Assembly: GCA_030429145.1 (NCBI GenBank)
Contig: JAUIDC010000001.1
Coordinates: forward strand, 120,001 to 152,000
Source of the DNA: Candidatus Saccharimonadota bacterium
GTDB taxonomy: Bacteria > Patescibacteriota > Gracilibacteria > Absconditabacterales > Absconditicoccaceae
DNA: 32,000 bases
Reading direction: 5' to 3'
The notes under the pieces were generated by a model. It saw nothing but the letters and a program-made list of their open reading frames with translations, was not told where the DNA came from and did no database searches. Position numbers and translations under genes: made by a program. This document shows, in pieces, positions 10,862-21,576 of the stretch. Every line of letters begins with the position of its first letter. Position 1 is the stretch's first letter.

Positions 10862-12211
10862 ATGAGTCGTCTACAACGCACCCTCATCATATGACTAAAA
10901 ATTTTTCTGCTTGGATTGATCCTCCATTTTCTTGTCTATAATCTTGTAACATTTGTTATCGGGGCAACGGGCATAGTGATGGAGATTATACGGCTTTGGA
11001 AAGAGATATTTACCGTAGGGTTTTTTGGTATATTGATTTTTTATGTATTCAAATATAAAGAGTTAAAAATATTCAAACATGATAAAGCACTCCGACGGCT
11101 TCAGTGGATCTTTATCGCGCTACTTCTTATCACATTTATCTTCACCATAGCGAAAGGTCTAGGAGTAGATATGTTTGTAAAAGCATTCAAATATGATTTT
11201 ATTGGCTACTTTATTTTCTTTGTAAGCTATTATCTGTGGAGATATCTACCAGAAGGAACAACTGAGAAGTTGAGCAAGTGGTATATCTTGATCATCCAGT
11301 GGCTGTTGGTCTTCGCTCTCGTACGATGGTGTGCTATTTTGATCAAACCAGGAGTATTGAAAATATTTGGGTATACAACAACAACCATAGAAGGAAGAGT
11401 TGGTGAACAACCACCTGCCGTCTACTGGACTGGTGAACATCAAGGCTACCCAAGAAACCAGTTCCTCTTCGAGAGACCAATTAGCTGGTGATTTTTTCTC
11501 ATAGCATTCTTCCCGTTGTTCTATATTTCAGTACTCCAAAGAAAATCTCTTCGCAAAACTTGGTTCCGATGGGCTGTTTTCGCTCTCAATGTGATACTGA
11601 CATTTTCAAGAGCTGCATGGGGGGCATGGGTAGTCCAGCTGATCATCATGGGGATTGCAAGTTATAGAAAGAACATGAAAAAATATCTGGTGAAGGTGCT
11701 GATACCGCTCCTTATTGTGCTTGCAGCTATAGCATATTTCTGAAGAAATGAGATTATTCATAGAAGTTTTTCAAACACTGGACACCTTCAGCTATTCCTT
11801 CAATGATGGGAAATGTTTACGGAAAGCCCTCTCATAGGAAAATGAGCAGGCTACGTTGGTCCAGCTTCTCACTGGGATGGTGGCTTAGCATTCAACCCTG
11901 AAAATCAGTATCTACAAATCATGATAGAATTCGGACTTATTGGATTTGCTCTCTGGATGGCGATCTACGTCTTCCTGAACCGAGTCGGCATCCGCGACTA
12001 TCTCAAAGTCTGGAAATCGAAAGACAAACAGCTTCCGCTCCACTATCAGATGACTCTTGCTATGAGTGTTGGTATGATAGGTCTTTCTATCTCAGGGCTC
12101 GTATTACACAGCTTCACTGATAGAATGATCGTCTACCCGATGATGGCTCTTTTCGGGCTCATCCTTGCATATCATAATAGTAAACTAGGGAAAATAGAAA
12201 AGAAGTGATAA
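10862..12211 (+). CDS. O-antigen ligase-like / Wzy_C-domain polytopic membrane protein
   Basis: One frame with several in-frame UGAs and many TM segments. It contains TFSRAAWGAW and, after a loop, GKGAGYVGPASHWDGGLAFNPENQYLQIMIEFGLIGF, the pattern typical of Wzy_C (WaaL/PglL/PilO-type) proteins. It ends ...EKK-UGA-TAA. Confidence 0.7.
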
Positions 12212-12232
12212 TTTTATTGTTCAATAAAATAT

Positions 12233-13972
12233 ATGTTCATAGGAAAATATTTGAAACCATATCGAAAGCTCTTGGCTCTCGTGCTTGTTTTGGCAGCCAT
12301 CAATCAGGTGTTCTCTCTCCTCGACCCTCAGGTCTATCGTCGAACTTTGGACAATGTGGTGTTGCAGTTTCAAGAACTTAGCAGAGAAGAGTTCCTAAGA
12401 GGCATACTTATCGGTATGGCGGGTCTCGTTGGTGTCGCTATGATAAGTAGGATTGCAAAAAACTTTCAAGACTATTTCGTCAATGTGATGACACAGAAAA
12501 TCGGTATGCAAATATACCAAGAGACTATTCGTCATGCATTTTCACTGCCCTATGCGGTTTTCGAGGACCAATCGTCGGGACAACTTCTTCAAAAGCTCCT
12601 CAAAGCTCGCGCAGATATAGAAGGCTTTATCAGAAACCTGATCAACATCGTCTTTGTGTCACTTGTTGCCATGGTTTTCGTGTTGATCTATTCGTTCATT
12701 GTTCACTGGATTGTAGGTGTGATCTACGCTGCATTGATTCCTATCATGACCTTTACTTCATCAATGCTTTCAAGACGTATCAAGAAAGCACAAAGCAGTA
12801 TCGTGACAGAGTCTGCTGCTCTTGCAGGAACGACTACTGAAGCTATTCGTAACGTCTCACTCATCAAGCTTCTTGGCCTTGAAAAACAAGAGATGAATAG
12901 GCTAGAAGATGCCAATACAGGGATCCTAGGACTAGAGCTCAAGAAAATTAAGATAGTAAGAACTATAGAATTTCTTCAAGGAACACTGATCAACGCTATC
13001 CGTGTCGCACTCATCGGAACAATGTTTCGATTGATCTTCCAGTGAGAGATGACTATCGGTGAGTTCTTCTCTCTTCTCTTTTATAGTTTCTGGATACTCA
13101 ATGGTCTCACGCAGTTTGGCGAGGTGATAAAATCATACCAAGAAGCAAAAGCAAGTATGGAAACGCTGGATGACATTATGGATATGAAGCCTGCTCCTGT
13201 GCCCCAGAAACCTACCGAGATAGAAACAGTTCATACAATGGCGTTTGATCATGTATCATTTAGCTATACAGAAGAGAAACAAACTCTCCACGAGATCAGC
13301 TGGGAGGTACAGGCTGGGAAAACAGTTGCTTTTGTTGGTCCTTCTGGCTCAGGGAAATCAACGATTATTAAACTTTTGTGTGGTCTCTACCCAGCGACCA
13401 AGGGCAATGTACTCGTCAATGATGTGAATATCAACACGCTTGATCCACATGCATTTGCAACACACCTTGGAATCGTCACACAAGATACGCAGCTATTCAA
13501 TGGCACTATAAAAGATAATCTGCAGTTCGTAGCACCTGAAGCAACTGACGAGGAGATGATGCAAGTACTTCGTTATGCAAGTATTGAAGAGATAGTCAGC
13601 TCAAATAAAGCAGGACTACTGACGAAAATTGGTGAAGGCTGATTGAAACTTTCTGGTGGGCAAAGACAGCGTCTTGCTATCGCGAGAGCACTCCTGCGCA
13701 ACCCAGACGTACTTATCTTTGACGAAGCAACCAGCTCCCTCGACAGCCTCATCGAAGCAGAAATTACTGAGACGATCAAAGAGGTCTCTCATCATAAACA
13801 AGGCCTCATGACCATCCTTGTGGCTCACCGTCTCTCAACGATCATGCATGCCGACACCATCTTCGTGATGGAAAAAGGGAAGATTGTCGAACATGGTAGC
13901 CACGATGAACTACTAGAAAATAAAGGTCTCTATCGGGCTCTTTGGAGACAGCAAATTGGTGAAAGCGAATAA
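12233..13972 (+). CDS. ABC exporter, fused permease and ATPase (MsbA-like)
   Basis: Three track ORFs lie in one frame. N-terminal six-TM-type domain. Motifs: GPSGSGKST (Walker A), GEG-G-LKLSGGQRQR (signature), LIFDEATSSLD (Walker B) and VAHRLST (H-loop). Tandem TAA TAA stop. Confidence 0.9.
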
Positions 13973-13986
13973 TAACTTCCCTCAAA

Positions 13987-14322
13987 CTAACTGCCAATAT
14001 TCTCATATATTTCCCATATCTTCCCGTCTTTAACGAAGACAACATCGACTCTTATCAGTGCTTTTGTGGTGTTCTGCTGACAGTAGTGCGCTATAGTTTT
14101 ACGCAGAAAATAGAGTTTCTTTTCTGTCACGTAGTCAAAAATATCATCAATATGGTTGACGACTTTCACCTCAATAAATACCGTTGTATCAGCATTCTCC
14201 ATGATAATATCTATCTCTCCTCCGCGTATCGTAAAATTACTCATGACATGTTGATAGCCAGATCAGAGGTAATGATCTCATACAAGTTTCTCACCTGCAT
14301 ATCCAATAGTGCGTTTATTCAT
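13987..14322 (-). CDS. YraN-family (UPF0102) endonuclease-like protein
   Basis: MNKRTIGYAGEKLV-G-DHYL-G-SGYQHVMSNFTIRGGEIDIIMENADTTVFIEVKV... shows the GEIDxI...FxEVK pattern. Two in-frame UGAs. Confidence 0.7.
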
Positions 14323-14348
14323 TTTTTTATTTTTGTTTAGGTAAGTGG

Positions 14349-15017
14349 TTACTTATCAATCACTCGATATCCAGTTTCTGTTTTCTTGAAAGTAATAAGG
14401 TCGGGTAACTTATCTATCTCTCGCTCTCCTATACGAGTTCTGCGAAGCTCGCGTATCGTTCACCCTGTGCCAAGCTGTTCACCAAGCCAGTGAGCTATAG
14501 AACGGATAAATGTACCTGATCCCACATCACAGCTCATATGTACTAAGGGCCACTCGTAATGAGTGACAATAATTTTTTGTATATTCATTTCGCGGTCAGC
14601 AGCTAGTTCCTTGCCAGCACGAGCAGACTTATACATGCGTTTTCCAGCTATTTTCTTCGCACTAAATGCAGGGATAGGCAGGATGTGACTTGGTACCAAT
14701 TTCTGTAATAACCCCTCTATCTGTTCTTTTGTCACTGCTTTTTCAGGCTTTCAAACCTCCTCCTGATAGTCATGATAGTCGATATCCCATGTGTCAGTTT
14801 TCAGCGACAGATCAATCACTGCATCATAGCTTTTATCAAATCACTGATACTCTTGTGCTTTCTTTGTATCCTGATCTGTTACTAGTACCATCAGCCCCGT
14901 CGCCAAAGGATCCAACGTTCCACAGTGTCCAACTTTCTTATAGTTAAGTCATTTCTTTACTTTATGTACCACATCAAAGCTCGTTATCCCTTGTGGTTTA
15001 TCTGCAAACAGTATCAT
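14349..15017 (-). CDS. truB: tRNA pseudouridine(55) synthase TruB
   Basis: [46 protein letters not shown]... and ...[18 protein letters not shown]. One frame with 4 in-frame UGAs. Confidence 0.9.
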
Positions 15018-15041
15018 GGTTTCTCATGGATAATAAAATAG

Positions 15042-15521
15042 TTATTGACAGTGTATCTCTTTCAATTTACATGTCGCCGTGGCTATCTGGTAGCATGCTT
15101 TCAAATTCACATTGTCCGCGGAGATCACAGAAAACTCTGGAGATGCATCAGCATCACACTTAATCTGATACGGCTCAAGAAGTAGTTTAAAACCACTTGT
15201 AAAGATATATCCTCACGAGACTCTCTTCTCCTTTTGTATTTCCGCTGACAACTCTGCTCCTGAGTAGCTCCATGCTATGATCTCTCACGACATAATGGAG
15301 AGTTCCAAGGCATCATATCTTTGTGTACCTGTCCCAACCGAAACACTACTTGTGGTAGCGACCTCTTGGATCACATTCGTTATCGTGCTTGTGAGTTCTT
15401 CTTTTGTATTTGAAAAACGCACTCTATCGGAAAATCATCTACCCATACCGGTTACCATGGATAATACAATACCAACCAGCGCAATGGTTATTACAATCTC
15501 AACTAAAGTGAAACTCTTCAT
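15042..15521 (-). CDS. type IV pilin / pseudopilin with a prepilin-type N-terminal helix
   Basis: Not in the ORF track, because it has 3 in-frame UGAs. The minus strand reads MKSFTLVEIVITIALVGIVLSMVTGMGR-G-FSD..., the class III signal and hydrophobic helix FTLVE. There are C-terminal Cys residues (CDAD...C...CKLKEIHC). Confidence 0.7.
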
Positions 15522-15528
15522 GCACTAT

Positions 15529-15560
15529 TATAAAATTAAAAGTTTATAAAGTTCATAAAA
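15529..15560. repeat. AT-rich intergenic module, copy 4 (TATAAAATTAAAAGT 15529-15543 followed by an inverted TTATGAAC-like arm)
   Basis: The reverse complement ACTTTTAATTTTATA ends 7 nt upstream of the pilin ATG. The adjacent TTATAAAGTTCATAAAA is the reverse complement of TTTTATGAACTTTATAA. Confidence 0.55.
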
Positions 15561-15599
15561 TCTAAACGTTTTTGATTTGATAATTTTAAGAATCTTTAA

Positions 15600-16694
15600 T
15601 TAATTGGCCTGCACTCCACCAAGAATTGTCGTAATAATACCAAATACTGAAAATGCTATCAGTACAACGATTGCACCGACAAAGACGATCAGAATTGGTT
15701 CGATAATCTTTGAAAGATTATTGAGCATATTATTTAAATCCTCCTCGTATATCTCTATGATGTTTCCTAGGGACTCTGGAAGGTTTGCTGTATCCTCACC
15801 CACTTTCACAAGGAGTGATGCATTAGTCGGTACGATATCTACATATTTTCTGAAGACTTCATGCATTGTCTCACCGCGTCTAAGCTGTGCTATCATCGCA
15901 TCTATCATCTCTTCATAGACACCTATACGAATAATATCTTTCAGTAAGAAAAAGGTCGTCATATAACTCATCCCTGCGTATTGCATGATTCTCATGTATC
16001 TGAAGAACTTTATCAGATAGTAGTACTTTGTCATTTTTCCTATGAGAGGCATCCTGAGAAGCTGAGCGAATCATCGTCTCTTCCCGGACTCCGTTGAAAA
16101 GATGATGGAAAGGGTGAAACAGACAACGCCTAACACAATAAGTATCATCGCTATATTAGCCTGCATAAACTGTGACATCTCGATCATGACACGTGTGACA
16201 AGAGGCATCTCGATACCAGGAAATTGCTCTGCGATAGAAAAGATCCCTGGAAGAATATTGATAAACAGCACAAATACAGCGATAATAGAAATGATCAAGA
16301 GCAAGATCGGATAGGTCAAAGCACTGATATATTTGCCCTGCAAGGTACGTAGAAAATAATATTCACGGGAAAGTGATGCGAGGACCTTTACAAGATTACC
16401 CGATGCCTCACCTGATTTTACGATGTTGACATCAGATGGATTGAAGTAGTCTGGAAGACGAGAAAGCGCATGAGAGAGCTGACGTCACTCTTTGAGCATC
16501 GCTGCTATTTGCTTTCCTACATACCTTTGTGAAGCATTGTCCCCTCTTTCTGCTATAGTATTTGCTGCTTCCAACAAAGAGACTCCACCTTGTAACAGGT
16601 AAGCGAGCTCTCTGAAAAGAAATATCTTATCTTTCGTCCCAAAACCAGCTTTTTCTCTGGCCTCTAAGTAGTGACGAATCGATTGTTCAAACAT
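15600..16694 (-). CDS. pilC: type IV pilus / type II secretion platform protein PilC (GspF family)
   Basis: Track ORFs 16485..16694, 16071..16343 and 15600..16052 lie in one frame, joined by 2 UGAs. It has two GspF-type repeats (LLQGGVSLLEA...; ...GETMHEVFRKY...VGEDTANLPESL) and three TM regions. Confidence 0.85.
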
Positions 16695-16718
16695 ACAGCA
16701 GTCGAGAATAATAAAGTA

Positions 16719-17423
16719 CTAGGGTTTCATCATGTAACCAATAAGTTCTATCGTCACGGTCTGACTTTGCTGATATTTCACAATATCGTAATTTATCGAA
16801 TGTATCTTATAGAGCATTGGATATCTTGGACTGATATTGTTTTCTACATTGTAAACAAAGTTGAGTAGACCGTTCTTGTCAGCAAAATCTATAGTCAACG
16901 TAATAGGCACCATGATCAAACTGTCGATCTCTTTCACATCAGCAATGTTCCCAAAAGTAATGCTAGTGACGACACCATTCGACTGGTTGGTCGTTCCTCT
17001 CAGGAGATACTCATTGATATTGGCAAGGATAGTCTTTTGATCAAAAGCCATCTTCTCAGCATCATTTTTCTGAAGTTGTAAGAACGCTCTTACATGCTCA
17101 AGCACAGGATTGAGCGACTCAGGAAGCGTTGAACAACCCCTCGTACTCAGACAGTCAACCACAGAAGTCTTCTGCGCATTGATCTCTTTCACGATGAGGA
17201 GATCTTTGACAGTCTGTTGATACTCGGCATCTTTGAGCATCTGCTGTTGTTCTAAGGTCTCAATACTGTCCTGCATAGCTCTATGCTTTGCTACAGCATC
17301 TTTCATATATCATTGCGTAATTACCATGATGACGATAAGTATCACGATATATATCTTATATTTCACCGTCAGCACCATCTTTGTACTGTGTAGATCATTT
17401 TGTGTCTCTCTGTTATCGGCCAT
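16719..17423 (-). CDS. single-pass membrane protein, possibly a PilO-like pilus assembly protein
   Basis: Extended to ATG 17421-17423 through one UGA. N-terminal TM segment (YKIYIVILIVIMVIT), a coiled-coil-like stretch, then a beta-rich C-terminus. Its position between the PilN-like gene and pilC supports the call. The assignment is weak. Confidence 0.4.
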
Positions 17424-17427
17424 AACA

Positions 17428-17976
17428 CTATTTGCTGCTTGTTCCATCGAGCGATATGTCAGCAGTTAAAGTAAATTCAAAACCATTGTCTTCTTTTTGA
17501 TAGTCTTTTATCGTCACGTTTGTGATAAACTCCAGTGATGTAAACTGGTCTATCACACCGTTATTCGCATAGATATATGAGAGATTTGGAACTGTCCCCT
17601 TGAGGCTTATCTCATCAAAATCTATCTTAAAGTCAGAAAATTGTACGTTCCCGCCCCCAAGATTTTGTAGCGTCGTGAAGATTTCGATAACACGAGTAAG
17701 GCGTTCAAGCCACCCGTTATCGGTATTGGTTTGTAGTAGTTTTTTTCCTGCAGCATACGTGACAAAGTCTTCAGACTCATAGGCCTTTGCTATCTCGGCA
17801 TCTTGCGTAGCTATTGCCTCTTGTAGGTCAGACTGCTGTGAGCGTTGCACTTGTGTCATTGCGAAAGCGAATCATCGATAACCAAGATACGCCAAGAAAA
17901 TGATCAACACGAAAATATAGGCTTTCCTCCATGGTGCACGCACTTTCTGCGCATCATCCATCACACTGTTTGTCAT
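17428..17976 (-). CDS. single-pass membrane protein, possibly PilN-like
   Basis: Extended to ATG 17974-17976 through one UGA. Short cytoplasmic N-terminus, TM segment AYIFVLIIFLAYLGY, and a C-terminal pattern ISLKGTVPNLSYI...FTSLEFITNVTI...FEFTLTADI resembling the PilN periplasmic domain. Confidence 0.4.
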
Positions 17977-18012
17977 ACAAATGACCAGCTAAGAACTAAA
18001 GGATATACGCTT

Positions 18013-18040
18013 TGTATAGCTATTTATAGAGGGATTGCAA
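18013..18040 (-). promoter_or_regulatory. possible promoter for the pilN-like/pilO-like/pilC genes
   Basis: On the minus strand: TTGCAA, 16-nt spacer, TATACA. About 37 nt upstream of the ATG at 17976. Confidence 0.35.
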
Positions 18041-18066
18041 ATAGAAAAAACTATTATCAATACACT

Positions 18067-18819
18067 TTACCCCACATTATGATAAATACTATCTACGTCC
18101 TCATCCTCTTCCAAGGCGTCGTAGAACTCTTCAAATTTTTGCATATCTTCGTCGGAGAGCGTGAGCTCATTTTGGGGCAAATATTGTAAGTCTGCGTCTG
18201 CGATACTATACTCCTTTTTCTCAAGTTCTTTCTTCACATTGATGAATGCTTCAAAAGAAGTGATGATACGACACTTTCCTTCTGACTCTTGAAAATCTTC
18301 AATATCTAAATTCAACAAATCCTCCTCCAACAGATCGAGAGCATATGGGATAACACTTTTTACCTCATTTCCTTTCACTATCTCCTTCTTTACCTTTCCA
18401 TCGATAACGATGACACCTTTTTGATCGAACTGCCATGAAACGGCTCCAGGTTCTGCCATCGTACCATTCATCCTTGTAATAATAGCACGAATACTCGCCG
18501 CAGATCTATTGGTATTGGAAGTAATAGCCTTGATATAGAGCGCCGAACCAGCTGGACCATATGCCTCATACATGATTTCTTGCAGTTCTTCACCCTCGAG
18601 TTTACCTGCTCATTTTTTTAGAGCTTTATCTATTACGTCTCTGGGAAGACTATGATATCTGGCTTTCTGAAGGACAAGATCGAGTTGTGGATTCATACTT
18701 GGGTCATCTCCTCCTTTTCTGGCTGCCATCTCAATAAGCTTTCCTATCCTCGAATAGATTCTCGACTTAGCCGCGTCTCCTGCAGCTTTTTTACCAGCAA
18801 TACTGTGCCATCTTCCCAT
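18067..18819 (-). CDS. YebC/PmpR-family DNA-binding regulator
   Basis: Two track ORFs lie in one frame, joined by UGA at 18610-18612. Sequence MGRWHSIAGKKAAGDAAKSRIYSRIGKLIEMAARKGGDDPSMNPQLDLVLQKARYHSLPRDVIDKALKK-G-AG..., followed by YEAYGPAGSALYI. Confidence 0.8.
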
Positions 18820-18855
18820 ACTAATTTCTCTATATGATAAACTTGTTATTCGTAG

Positions 18856-19196
18856 TAAAGTCTCCGGTGTAAGCCCGATTCTGTTTTAGGTGATATTTAT
18901 CTTTGCTGGCCTATAGCCAACTTTGTGCACGACTCAACCGAAGCTGAGCACGCTTGCAGCGGATAGGGTTTACCACTCGACTGACGAACTGTCAGACTGA
19001 GAAGGAGTAGCGCAACAAAAGTTACGCATCTCCACGTTGCATCTTTCCTCGGCCAAAGACCGAGTAGTTTTCGTTTCTGTGGCACGATCCTTTGCCCCGT
19101 ATTCCGGGCGATCCAGCAGCTGTTAGCTGCTATCCGTTTTGTGCTGTCGAGACTTTCCTCCCTCGATAAATCGAGGGCATCACCACCGTAAGACTG
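18856..19196 (-). ncRNA. rnpB: RNase P RNA (bacterial type)
   Basis: The minus strand reads ...CCCUCGAUUUAUCGAGGG (P3 hairpin) then AGGAAAGUCUCGACAGCAC..., with CCACAGAAACGAAAA, GUGGUAAACCC, and near the 3' end ACAGAAUCGGGCUUACACCGGAGACU, which can pair with the 5' AGUCUUACGGUG (P1). The track ORF 18897..19217 is a shadow over this RNA. End coordinates are approximate (+/-5 nt). Confidence 0.8.
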
Positions 19197-19201
19197 GCTT
19201 G

Positions 19202-19230
19202 ATAATACAGATAACACGAATAATTTTCAA
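19202..19230 (-). promoter_or_regulatory. promoter for rnpB
   Basis: On the minus strand: TTGAAA, 17-nt spacer, TATTAT. The predicted start near 19195 coincides with the 5' strand of P1. Confidence 0.5.
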
Positions 19231-19231
19231 G

Positions 19232-19259
19232 TTGAAAGCAAAAGCGAAATCACTATAGT
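19232..19259 (+). promoter_or_regulatory. promoter for secG and the solute-binding protein gene
   Basis: TTGAAA, 16-nt spacer, TATAGT. Its -35 box is back to back with the rnpB -35 box (TTTCAAgTTGAAA palindrome). Confidence 0.5.
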
Positions 19260-19292
19260 AAAAGTCCGTTTTACTTATGATACGATTGCTTT

Positions 19293-19517
19293 ATGAAAAC
19301 TGTGTTAATTGGACTTTTGTTTCTTTCTGGAATCCTTTTTGTGATTTCTGTTATGCTTATGAGCCCAAAAGGAGGACTTGGCCTTGGTATCGGAGGTGTA
19401 GCAAGTAGCAACGAGTACGGAAGCAAGAAGTCTATCGAATCGACATTGAAGAAGGTAGCACTCGTAACAGGAATTATTTTTGTTGCAGTCGTGTTGTATC
19501 TGCCTTACGTCCAATAA
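19293..19517 (+). CDS. secG: preprotein translocase subunit SecG
   Basis: 74 aa with two TM helices flanking a Gly-rich loop: ...VMLMSPKGGLGLGIGGVASSNEYGSKKSIESTLKKVALVTGIIFV... Confidence 0.7.
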   Translation: MKTVLIGLLFLSGILFVISVMLMSPKGGLGLGIGGVASSNEYGSKKSIESTLKKVALVTGIIFVAVVLYLPYVQ

Positions 19518-19555
19518 GACTTGGCGAAAGGATTATTATTTCGTATACCTAAACT

Positions 19556-21493
19556 ATGCTCCACATACGTCAATCTTTAGCGAAATACACACTGGTATTT
19601 CTCTTTTTTATTTGGCTTGTAGGACTGGGATATCTCTACTACCAGTACGTTATTGATACATCTGAAAGTGTCCCAGCTAAAGGTGGTACACTTATTGAAG
19701 GTGTAACTACCAATATCTCATATCTGCCATATGTCAGAGATACAGACGCTGATCTCTTTTATCAGTGACTGCTCTTCCAGGCATGTATGAGCTATTTTGG
19801 AAGTGGCTACCAGGTCTTTTATGAACCTGATATGTGTAAGGTTATCACACAAGACAACAAAACCTTCCTTGTCTCTCTCAATACTACATGACAATGGTCA
19901 GACGGCACACCTATCACTGTAGACGACATTGTCTTCACATATGAAGATATTATTAAGAATAACTTCCGAGATATTCCAAATCTGAGAAACTACGAGAAAG
20001 TTGATATCGAAAAAATTTCTGACAACTCTCTGAGAGTGACCTTCCCTGGCGCCTCTGTAGATAATTTCAACTTTTTCACTAACTATATTATCCCAAGGCA
20101 TAAACTTAAAGGGGTCACACTCAACTACTATCTCACGGAATTCAAAGACCATCCCGTCACTAGTGCCTGCGGTACTATCAAATGAGGAGACAGCGATGCA
20201 AATAGTCTCGTCTTTGACGTTAGTAGATGTGACAAAGCATGGATCAGATACTATCAGGTAAAGAAAATTGATAACTTGAGAGATCTAGCAACATCAAAAC
20301 TTGTGGACCTTACCGTGAGTCCATACCATATTAATGGATACAAAGACAACAAACTCATCCTCAACAAATATATGGGTATCTTCTTCAATATGCAGAGAGG
20401 AAGACTCAGTATCTACGGAAGAAAAAACTTCATCGCACTCGTCAATCATCATCTTTTTGCTGCAGAAGAGAACAATCCAGGTATCATAAAAGAGAACTTT
20501 CTCTTTGATGCCTTCCCGAAGAGAGTAACCGACAAGGTTGCCATCATCGCATCAGTCGTACCAGTTTCTACAACTGGACAGATACTTTCTACTGGAGTGA
20601 AAGCACCTGACAATCTTCCTGATGAAATTCGCGTCGAAAATATCGGAGAGAGAAAAGAGTACTCACTCGGAGAGCTAGGAGAAACATTCACACTTACTAT
20701 CAAATCTCCAAAGCCGTACGATGAGGTATTCGTCGTTGCAAACAATCAAACTCAAGAACAAGCAGACACGACGACCAACAGCGTTGCTCTTGAACTTGTT
20801 CCAGGATTCAATCTGTTTGATGGTATCAACACCTATACCGTGCATGGTATGGGGACAAATAGCGATGAGATCGTCACAAGCATCAACATCTATTATAGGA
20901 CTCCATATGTTGTATCGAAAGATGCTGCATTAAAAGTAGTCTACTATAGCGGCGATCCATTTATGGTTGAACTTATTAATAAGATTAGAACATTCCTTGG
21001 CCGAGAAGGTCTGGCTGGTTACTTTGACTTCCAGGGCGTTCCGACTGCAGAAGAGTTTGAAGGAAAGCTTGCATCGAAAGAGTACGATATTACGATCAGA
21101 GGTATCGATTTTGGACTCAAGAAAGATCTCTCAAACCTTTTGTTAACTGATAATCCTATTATCAATCCATCGCTCTACGTTAATGGAAACCTTGCATCGC
21201 AAATCAATCAGTTCTTTGCAACGAGTAGTCCAAGTGGGCAAGGAAGCATCAAGAGAGAGATAGATAGACTCTACCTCAATGACTTACCTTTTGTCCTTCT
21301 TGGGAAGACTACCTCACTACTCCACACTAGACCGTATATCTTCTTGGATACAGACGCTGTCTTCTACGAACATGATTATAGAAAAAAGATTCTTCACCAT
21401 GTTGTTCTGACACAAAGACCTATTATCAACAGATCAACACTCACTGACTATCGTTCGTTCTTCCTATACGTACGTGAGAAACTCGATCAATAG
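19556..21493 (+). CDS. membrane-anchored extracellular solute-binding protein, family 5 (OppA/DppA-like)
   Basis: Track ORFs 19556..19768 and 20276..21493 lie in one frame, and the gap is open with 3 UGAs. N-terminal TM segment YTLVFLFFIWLVGLGYLYY, and the family-5 signature region QWSDGTPITVDDIVFTYEDII. Confidence 0.7.
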
Positions 21494-21515
21494 TTCCACA
21501 TTATAAAAGTATGAT

Positions 21516-21549
21516 AAAAGCCTCTGCATCATGTGTAGCAGAGGCTTTT
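21516..21549. terminator. bidirectional rho-independent terminator between convergent genes
   Basis: AAAAGCCTCTGC-(10 nt)-GCAGAGGCTTTT, a 12-bp stem with A/T runs on both sides. Confidence 0.75.
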
Positions 21550-21576
21550 ATATAATATGAGAAGAAATAATTGTTA

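Noticed and set aside
15277-15549. 90-aa track ORF on the + strand.
   Set aside because: It is antisense to the pilin gene (15042..15521, minus), which has a convincing FTLVE prepilin N-terminus. The + strand product has no features.
18897-19217. 106-aa track ORF on the minus strand.
   Set aside because: It lies entirely inside the RNase P RNA (P3 hairpin, GGAAAGUC, ACAGAAUCGGGCUUA elements). It is a chance ORF over a GC-richer structured RNA.
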